Under the pieces are notes generated by a model. The model worked only from the letters and a program-made list of their open reading frames with translations. It was not told the origin of the DNA and ran no database searches. A DNA stretch of 64,000 nt from Auanema rhodensis (Eukaryota; Animalia; Nematoda): contig OZ059895.1 of assembly GCA_964057225.1 (NCBI GenBank), positions 9,920,001 through 9,984,000 on the forward strand, given 5' to 3'. How positions within the stretch are numbered: the stretch's first letter is position 1; each line of letters begins with the position of its first letter. The translations under genes were made by a program, and so were the position numbers. Of this stretch, positions 53,801 to 64,000 are shown piece after piece.

Positions 53801-56800
53801 CATAAAATTTGATATCATCGAGGGATCCAGATGGAAGGTGGAAAATTACATAACTAACATGAAATTGGAAAAAAAACTATAACGAGGATAAGTAGGTAAA
53901 CCATTGAATATCAGATATTTTGGCTTACGACCATACCACGTTAAAAGTACGCCATACAGCTGATTTTCAATTTTATCTCTTCCGTAACAAATGTTTTCAA
54001 TTTTCAAGCACTTTTACTTAGATAGCTCAACCAAAGGAGAGCAAATTATCTTCAATCTTATTTCTATATTAAAGTTATAAACCAGTAGTTATTGAACCTT
54101 CATCTTAACTTTACTGTTTCCATCTATTTCCTATCAAAACAAACATTATTTAAACATTATGCAACTATGAAACCTTTTTTAATTTATTGTATTTAGAGCT
54201 CATAAGATTTAATATCATCGAGGGATCCAAATGGAACGTGGAAAATTACATAACTAACATGAAATTGGAAAAAAAACTATAACGAGGATAAGTAGGTAAA
54301 CCATTGAATATCAGATATTTTGGCTTACGACCATACCACGTTAAAAGTACGCCATACAGCTGATTTTCAATTTTATCTCTTCCGTAACAAATGTTTTCAA
54401 TTTTCAAGCAGTTTAATTTAGATAGCTCAACCAAAGAAGTGCAAAATATCTTCAATCTTATTTCCATATTACAGTCATAAACCAGTAGGTAATAAAACTT
54501 CATCTTGAATTTACTGTTTCTATCTATTTCCTATCAAAACAAACATTGTTTAAACACTATACAACTGTAAAACCTTTTTTAATTTATTGTATTTGAAGCT
54601 CATAAGATTTGATATCATCGAGGGATCCAGATGGAAGGTGGAAAATTACATAACTAACATGAAATTGGAAAAAAACCATAACGAGAATAAGTAGGTAAAC
54701 CATTGAATATCAGATATTTTCTCTTACGACCATACCACGTTGAAAGTACGCCATGCAACTGATTTTCAATTTTATCTTTTCCGTAACAAATGTTTTCAAT
54801 TTTCAAGCACTTTTACTTAGATAGCTCAACCAAAGCAAAGCAAATTATCTTCAATTTTATTTCTATATTACAGTTATAAACCAGTAGGTAATGAACCTTC
54901 ATCTTGACTTTACTGTTTCCATCCATTTCCTTTCGAAACAAACATTGTTTAAACACTATACAACTGTGAAACCTTTTTTTATTTATTGTATTTGGAGCTC
55001 ATAAAATTTGATATCATCGAGGGATCCAGATGGAAGGTGGAAAATTACATAACTAACATGAAATTGGAAAAAAAACTATAACGAGGATAAGTAGGTAAAC
55101 CATTGAATATCAGATATTTTGGCTTACGACCATACCACGTTGAAAGTACGCCATACAGCTGATTTTCAATTTTATCTCTTCCGTAACAAATGTTTTCAAT
55201 TTTCAAGCAGTTTAATTTAGATAGCTCAACCAAAGAAGTGCAAAATATCTTCAATCTTATTTCCATATTACAGTCATAAACCAGTAGGTAATAAAACTTC
55301 ATCTTGAATTTACTGTTTCTATCTATTTCCTATCAAAACAAACATTGTTTAAACACTATACAACTGTAAAACCTTTTTTAATTTATTGTATTTGAAGCTC
55401 ATAAGATTTGATATCATCGAGGGATCCAGATGGAAGGTGGAACATTACATAACTAACATGAAATTGGAAAAAAACCATAACGAGAATAAGTAGGTAAACC
55501 ATTGAATATCAGATATTTTCTCTTACGACCATACCACGTTGAAAGTACGCCATGCAACTGATTTTCAATTTTATCTTTTCCGTAACAAATGTTTTCAATT
55601 TTCAAGCACTTTTACTTAGATAGCTCAACCAAAGCAAAGCAAATTATCTTCAATTTTATTTCTATATTACAGTTATAAACCAGTAGGTAATGAACCTTCA
55701 TCTTGACTTTACTGTTTCCATCCATTTCCTTTCGAAACAAACATTGTTTAAACACTATACAACTGTGAAACCTTTTTTTATTTATTGTATTTGGAGCTCA
55801 TAAAATTTGATATCATCGAGGGATCCAGATGGAAGGTGGAAAATTACATAACTAACATGAAATTGGAAAAAAAACTATAACGGGGATAAGTATGTTAACG
55901 ATTGAATATCAGATATTTTCGCTTACGACCATATCACCTTGAAAGTACGCCATACAGCTGATTTTCAATTTTATCTCTTCCGTAACAAATGTTCTCAATT
56001 TTCAAGCAGTTTTACTTAGATAGCTCAACCAAAGGAGAGCAAATTATCTTCAATCTTATTTCTATATTAAAGTTATAAACCAGTAGTTATTGAACCTTCA
56101 TCTTAACTTTACTGTTTCCATCTATTTCCTATCAAAACAAACATTATTTAAACATTATGCAACTATGAAACCTTTTTTAATTTATTGTATTTAGAGCTCA
56201 TAAGATTTAATATCATCGAGGGATCCAAATGGAACGTGGAAAATTACATAACTAACATGAAATTGGAAAAAAAACTATAACGAGGATAAGTAGGTAAACC
56301 ATTGAATATCAGATATTTTGGCTTACGACCATACCACGTTAAAAGTACGCCATACAGCTGATTTTCAATTTTATCTCTTCCGTAACAAATGTTTTCAATT
56401 TTCAAGCAGTTTAATTTAGATAGCTCAACCAAAGAAGTGCAAAATATCTTCAATCTTATTTCCATATTACAGTCATAAACCAGTAGGTAATAAAACTTCA
56501 TCTTGAATTTACTGTTTCTATCTATTCCCTATCGAAACAAACATTGTTTAAACACTATACAACTGTAAAACCTTTTTTAATTTATTGTATTTGAAGCTCA
56601 TAAGATTTGATATCATCGAGGGATCCAGATGGAAGGTGGAAAATTACATAACTAACATGAAATTGGAAAAAAAACCATAACGAGGATAAGTAGGTAAACC
56701 ATTGAATATCAGATATTTTCTCTTACGACCATACCACGTTGAAAGTACGCCATGCAACTGATTTTCAATTTTATCTTTTCCGTAACAAATGTTTTCAATT

Positions 56801-59800
56801 TTCAAGCACTTTTACTTAGATAGCTCAACCAAAGCAAAGCAAATTATCTTCAATTTTATTTCTATATTACAGTTATAAACCAGTAGTTAATGAAAATTCA
56901 TCTTGAATTTACTGTTTCTATCTATTTCCTATCAAAACAAACATTGTTTAAACACTATGCAACTATGAAACCTTTCTTAATTTATTGTATTTGGAGCTCA
57001 TAAGATTTAATATCATCGAGGGATCCAAATGGAACGTGGAAAATTACATAACTAACATGAAATTGGAAAAAAAACTATAACGAGGATAAGTAGGTAAACC
57101 ATTGAATATCAGATATTTTGGCTTACGACCATACCACGTTAAAAATACGCCATACAGCTGATTTTCAATTTTATCTTTTCCGTAACAAATGTTTTCAATT
57201 TTCAAGCACTTTTACTTAGATAGCTCAACCAAAGCAAAGCAAATTATCTTCAATTTTATTTCTATATTACAGTTATAAACCAGTAGTTAATGAAAATTCA
57301 TCTTGAATTTACTGTTTCTATCTATTTCCTATCAAAACAAACATTGTTTAAACACTATGCAACTATGAAACCTTTCTTAATTTATTGTATTTGGAGCTCA
57401 TAAGATTTGATATCATTGAGGGATACAGATGAAACGTGGAAAATTACATAACTAACATGAAATTAGAAAAAAAAACTATAACGGGGATGAGTATGTTAAC
57501 CATTGAATATCAGATATTTTCGCTTACGACCATACCACGTTGAAAGTACGCCATACAGCTGATTTTCAATTTTATCTCTTCCGTAACAAATGTTTTCAAT
57601 TTTCAAGCAGTTTTACTTAGATAGCTCAACCAAAGGAGAGCAAATTATCTTCAATCTTATTTCTATATTAAAGTTATAAACCAGTAGTTATTGAACCTTC
57701 ATCTTAACTTTACTGTTTCCATCTATTTCCTATCAAAACAAACATTATTTAAACATTATGCAACTATGAAACCTTTTTTAATTTATTGTATTTAGAGCTC
57801 ATAAGATTTAATATCATCGAGGGATCCAAATGGAACGTGGAAAATTACATAACTAACATGAAATTGGAAAAAAAACTATAACGAGGATAAGTAGGTAAAC
57901 CATTGAATATCAGATATTTTGGCTTACGACCATACCACGTTAAAAGTACGCCATACAGCTGATTTTCAATTTTATCTCTTCCGTAACAAATGTTTTCAAT
58001 TTTCAAGCAGTTTAATTTAGATAGCTCAACCAAAGAAGTGCAAAATATCTTCAATCTTATTTCCATATTACAGTCATAAACCAGTAGGTAATAAAACTTC
58101 ATCTTGAATTTACTGTTTCTATCTATTTCCTATCAAAACAAACATTGTTTAAACACTATACAACTGTAAAACCTTTTTTAATTTATTGTATTTGAAGCTC
58201 ATAAGATTTGATATCATCGAGGGATCCAGATGGAAGGTGGAAAATTACATAACTAACATGAAATTGGAAAAAAACCATAACGAGAATAAGTAGGTAAACC
58301 ATTGAATATCAGATATTTTCTCTTACGACCATACCACGTTGAAAGTACGCCATGCAACTGATTTTCAATTTTATCTTTTCCGTAACAAATGTTTTCAATT
58401 TTCAAGCACTTTTACTTAGATAGCTCAACCAAAGCAAAGCAAATTATCTTCAATTTTATTTCTATATTACAGTTATAAACCAGTAGGTAATGAACCTTCA
58501 TCTTGACTTTACTGTTTCCATCCATTTCCTTTCGAAACAAACATTGTTTAAACACTATACAACTGTGAAACCTTTTTTTATTTATTGTATTTGGAGCTCA
58601 TAAAATTTGATATCATCGAGGGATCCAGATGGAAGGTGGAAAATTACATAACTAACATGAAATTGGAAAAAAAACTATAACGAGGATAAGTAGGTAAACC
58701 ATTGAATATCAGATATTTTGGCTTACGACCATACCACGTTGAAAGTACGCCATACAGCTGATTTTCAATTTTATCTCTTCCGTAACAAATGTTTTCAATT
58801 TTCAAGCAGTTTAATTTAGATAGCTCAACCAAAGAAGTGCAAAATATCTTCAATCTTATTTCCATATTACAGTCATAAACCAGTAGGTAATAAAACTTCA
58901 TCTTGAATTTACTGTTTCTATCTATTTCCTATCAAAACAAACATTGTTTAAACACTATACAACTGTAAAACCTTTTTTAATTTATTGTATTTGAAGCTCA
59001 TAAGATTTGATATCATCGAGGGATCCAGATGGAAGGTGGAACATTACATAACTAACATGAAATTGGAAAAAAACCATAACGAGAATAAGTAGGTAAACCA
59101 TTGAATATCAGATATTTTCTCTTACGACCATACCACGTTGAAAGTACGCCATGCAACTGATTTTCAATTTTATCTTTTCCGTAACAAATGTTTTCAATTT
59201 TCAAGCACTTTTACTTAGATAGCTCAACCAAAGCAAAGCAAATTATCTTCAATTTTATTTCTATATTACAGTTATAAACCAGTAGGTAATGAACCTTCAT
59301 CTTGACTTTACTGTTTCCATCCATTTCCTTTCGAAACAAACATTGTTTAAACACTATACAACTGTGAAACCTTTTTTTATTTATTGTATTTGGAGCTCAT
59401 AAAATTTGATATCATCGAGGGATCCAGATGGAAGGTGGAAAATTACATAACTAACATGAAATTGGAAAAAAAACTATAACGGGGATAAGTATGTTAACGA
59501 TTGAATATCAGATATTTTCGCTTACGACCATATCACCTTGAAAGTACGCCATACAGCTGATTTTCAATTTTATCTCTTCCGTAACAAATGTTCTCAATTT
59601 TCAAGCAGTTTTACTTAGATAGCTCAACCAAAGGAGAGCAAATTATCTTCAATCTTATTTCTATATTAAAGTTATAAACCAGTAGTTATTGAACCTTCAT
59701 CTTAACTTTACTGTTTCCATCTATTTCCTATCAAAACAAACATTATTTAAACATTATGCAACTATGAAACCTTTTTTAATTTATTGTATTTAGAGCTCAT

Positions 59801-62800
59801 AAGATTTAATATCATCGAGGGATCCAAATGGAACGTGGAAAATTACATAACTAACATGAAATTGGAAAAAAAACTATAACGAGGATAAGTAGGTAAACCA
59901 TTGAATATCAGATATTTTGGCTTACGACCATACCACGTTAAAAGTACGCCATACAGCTGATTTTCAATTTTATCTCTTCCGTAACAAATGTTTTCAATTT
60001 TCAAGCAGTTTAATTTAGATAGCTCAACCAAAGAAGTGCAAAATATCTTCAATCTTATTTCCATATTACAGTCATAAACCAGTAGGTAATAAAACTTCAT
60101 CTTGAATTTACTGTTTCTATCTATTCCCTATCGAAACAAACATTGTTTAAACACTATACAACTGTAAAACCTTTTTTAATTTATTGTATTTGAAGCTCAT
60201 AAGATTTGATATCATCGAGGGATCCAGATGGAAGGTGGAAAATTACATAACTAACATGAAATTGGAAAAAAAACCATAACGAGGATAAGTAGGTAAACCA
60301 TTGAATATCAGATATTTTCTCTTACGACCATACCACGTTGAAAGTACGCCATGCAACTGATTTTCAATTTTATCTTTTCCGTAACAAATGTTTTCAATTT
60401 TCAAGCACTTTTACTTAGATAGCTCAACCAAAGCAAAGCAAATTATCTTCAATTTTATTTCTATATTACAGTTATAAACCAGTAGTTAATGAAAATTCAT
60501 CTTGAATTTACTGTTTCTATCTATTTCCTATCAAAACAAACATTGTTTAAACACTATGCAACTATGAAACCTTTCTTAATTTATTGTATTTGGAGCTCAT
60601 AAGATTTAATATCATCGAGGGATCCAAATGGAACGTGGAAAATTACATAACTAACATGAAATTGGAAAAAAAACTATAACGAGGATAAGTAGGTAAACCA
60701 TTGAATATCAGATATTTTGGCTTACGACCATACCACGTTAAAAATACGCCATACAGCTGATTTTCAATTTTATCTTTTCCGTAACAAATGTTTTCAATTT
60801 TCAAGCACTTTTACTTAGATAGCTCAACCAAAGCAAAGCAAATTATCTTCAATTTTATTTCTATATTACAGTTATAAACCAGTAGTTAATGAAAATTCAT
60901 CTTGAATTTACTGTTTCTATCTATTTCCTATCAAAACAAACATTGTTTAAACACTATGCAACTATGAAACCTTTCTTAATTTATTGTATTTGGAGCTCAT
61001 AAGATTTGATATCATTGAGGGATACAGATGAAACGTGGAAAATTACATAACTAACATGAAATTAGAAAAAAAAACTATAACGGGGATGAGTATGTTAACC
61101 ATTGAATATCAGATATTTTCGCTTACGACCATACCACGTTGAAAGTACGCCATACAGCTGATTTTCAATTTTATCTCTTCCGTAACAAATGTTTTCAATT
61201 TTCAAGCAGTTTTACTTAGATAGCTCAACCAAAGGAGAGCAAATTATCTTCAATTTTATTTCTATATTACAGTTATAAACCAGTAGTTATTAAACCTTCA
61301 TCTTAACTTTCCTGTTTCTATCTATTTCCTATCAAAACAAACATTATTTAAACATTATGCAACTATGAAATCTTTTTTAATTTATTGTATTTGAAGCTCA
61401 TAAGAATTGATATCATTGAGGGATCCAGATGAAACGTGGAAAATTACATAACTAACATGAAATTGGAGAAAAAACTATAACAAGGATAAGTAGGTAAACC
61501 ATTGAATATCAGATATTTTCGCTTACGACTATACCACGTTAAAAGTACGCCATACAGCTGATTTTCAAATTTATCTCTTCCGTAACAAATGTTTTCAATT
61601 TTCAAGCACTTTTACTTGGATAGCTCAACCAAAGGAAAGCAAATTATCTTCAATTTTATTTCTATATTACAGTTATAAACCAGTAGGTAATGAACCTTTA
61701 TCTTGACTTTACTGTTTCTATCCATTTCCTTTCGAAACAAACATTGTTTAAACACTATACTACTGTGAAACCTTTTTTTATTTATTGTATTTGGAGCTCA
61801 TAAAATTTGATATCATCGAGGGATCCAGATGGAAGGTGGAAAATTACATAACTAACATGAAATTGGAAAAAAAACTATAACGGGGATAAGTATGTTAACG
61901 ATTGAATATCAGATATTTTCGCTTACGACCATACCACCTTGAAAGTACGCCATGCAACTGATTTTCAATTTTATCTTTTCCGTAACAAATGTTTTCAATT
62001 TTCAAGCAGTTTTACTTAGATAGCTCAACCAAAGGAGAGCAAATTATCTTCAATCTTTTTTTTATATTACAGTTATAAACCAGTAGTTATTAAACCTTCA
62101 TCTTAACTTTCCTGTTTCTATCTATTTCCTATCAAAACAAACATTATTTAAACATTATGCAACTATGAAACCTTTTTTAATTTATTGTATTTGAAGCTCA
62201 TAAGAATTGATATCATTGAGGGATCCAGATGAAACGTGGAAAATTACATAACTAACATGAAATTGGAGAAAAAACTATAACAAGGATGAGTAGGTAAACC
62301 ATTGAATATCAGATATTTTCGCTTACGACTATACCACGTTAAAAGTACGCCATACAGCTGATTTTCAAATTTATCTCTTCCGTAACAAATGTTTTCAATT
62401 TTCAAGCACTTTTACTTGGATAGCTCAACCAAAGGAAAGCAAATTATCTTCAATTTTATTTCTATATTACAGTTATAAACCAGTAGGTAATGAAAATTCA
62501 TCTTGAATTTACTGTTTCTATCTATTTCCTATCAGAACAAACATTGTTTAAACACTATGCAACTATGAAACCTTTCTTAATTTATTGTATTTGGAGCTCA
62601 TAAGATTTGATATCATTGAGGGATACAGATGAAACGTGGAAAATTACATAACTAACATGAAATTAGAAAAAAAAACTATAACGGGGATGAGTATGTTAAC
62701 CATTGAATATCAGATATTTTCGCTTACGACCATACCACGTTGAAAGTACGCCATACAGCTGATTTTCAATTTTATCTCTTCCGTAACAAATGTTTTCAAT

Positions 62801-64000
62801 TTTCAAGCAGTTTTACTTAGATAGCTCAACCAAAGGAGAGCAAATTATCTTCAATCTTTTTTTTATATTACAGTTATAAACCAGTAGTTATTAAACCTTC
62901 ATCTTAACTTTCCTGTTTCTATCTATTTCCTATCAAAACAAACATTATTTAAACATTATGCAACTATGAAACCTTTTTTAATTTATTGTATTTGAAGCTC
63001 ATAAGAATTGATATCATTGAGGGATCCAGATGAAACGTGGAAAATTACATAACTAACATGAAATTGGAGAAAAAACTATAACAAGGATAAGTAGGTAAAC
63101 CATTGAATATCAGATATTTTCGCTTACGACTATACCACGTTAAAAGAACGCCATACAGCTGATTTTCAAATTTATCTCTTCCGTAACAAATGTTTTCAAT
63201 TTTCAAGCACTTTTACTTGGATAGCTCAACCAAAGGAAAGCAAATTATCTTCAATTTTATTTCTATATTACAGTTATAAACCAGTAGGTAATGAACCTTC
63301 ATCTTGACTTTACTGTTTCTATCCATTTCCTATCGAAACAAACATTATTTAAACATTATGCAACTATGAAACCTTTTTTTATTTATTGTATTTGGAGCTC
63401 ATAAAATTTGATATCATCGAGGGATCCAGATGGAACGTGGAAAATTACATAACTAACATGAAATTGGAAAAAAAACTATAACGGGGATAAGTATGTTAAC
63501 GATTGAATATCAGATATTTTCGCTTACGACCATACCACCTTGAAAGTACGCCATGCAACTGATTTTCAAATTTATCTCTTCCGTAACAAATGTTTTCAAT
63601 TTTCAAGCACTTTTACTTGGATAGCTCAACCAAAGGAAAGCAAATTATCTTCAATTTTATTTCTATATTACAGTTATAAACCAGTAGGTAATGAACCTTC
63701 ATCTTAACTTTCCTGTTTCTATCTATTTCCTATCAAAACAAACATTATTTAAACATTATGCAACTATGAAACCTTTTTTTATTTATTGTATTTGGAGCTC
63801 ATAAAATTTGATATCATCGAGGGATCCAGATGGAACGTGGAAAATTACATAACTAACATGAAATTGGAAAAAAAACTATAACGGGGATAAGTATGTTAAC
63901 GATTGAATATCAGATATTTTCGCTTACGACCATACCACCTTGAAAGTACGCCATGCAACTGATTTTCAATTTTATCTTTTCCGTAACAAATGTTTTCAAT
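29890..64000 (+). repeat. 400-bp tandem satellite, right array (~85 monomers), each containing 5S rRNA nt 1-33
   Basis: Same monomer with 399-401 bp period (5S block at 29941, 30341, 30741...). It runs off the window end. Confidence 0.98.

Noticed and set aside
6348-60100. Repeated 62-85 aa minus-strand ORFs (MKIENICY.../MKFYYLLV...) in the satellite
   Set aside because: They are antisense readings through the 5S fragment, open in only a minority of monomers by chance point changes, with no recognisable domain.
1-64000. CRISPR-like array or functional 5S rDNA cluster
   Set aside because: Spacers are near-identical rather than unique and the context is eukaryotic. Monomers lack 5S nt 34-119, including the internal promoter.

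Overview
AT-rich eukaryotic heterochromatin, almost certainly from a nematode (nematode-type 5S rRNA, 38-40 nt GT-AG introns). About 78% of the window is a 400-bp tandem satellite (1-16018 and 29890-64000). Each monomer carries only nt 1-33 of 5S rRNA, and the arrays show 2- to 9-mer higher-order repeats. A ~14-kb island of decayed elements (16019-29889) separates the two arrays. It contains: the 3' end of a Gypsy element; an inverted satellite monomer next to a near-full-length 5S gene; a spliced Mutator (MULE) transposase whose presumed terminus abuts the 5S 5' end; remnants of an LTR element with an apparent gag - signal peptide - herpes-gB-like env - protease order, plus a tRNA-Gln-primed 5' LTR upstream on the same strand; and a tRNA-Arg-primed BEL/Pao element whose LTR starts inside a second 5S copy. 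The [5S-MULE-env] block is present twice in inverted orientation with complementary deletions, and several junctions carry short templated duplications. No intact protein-coding gene is evident. The strongest candidates for novelty are the gag-env-pro retroelement, the 5S-derived satellite, and repeated element junctions at 5S sequences. All family assignments come from motif recognition by eye, not database searches.
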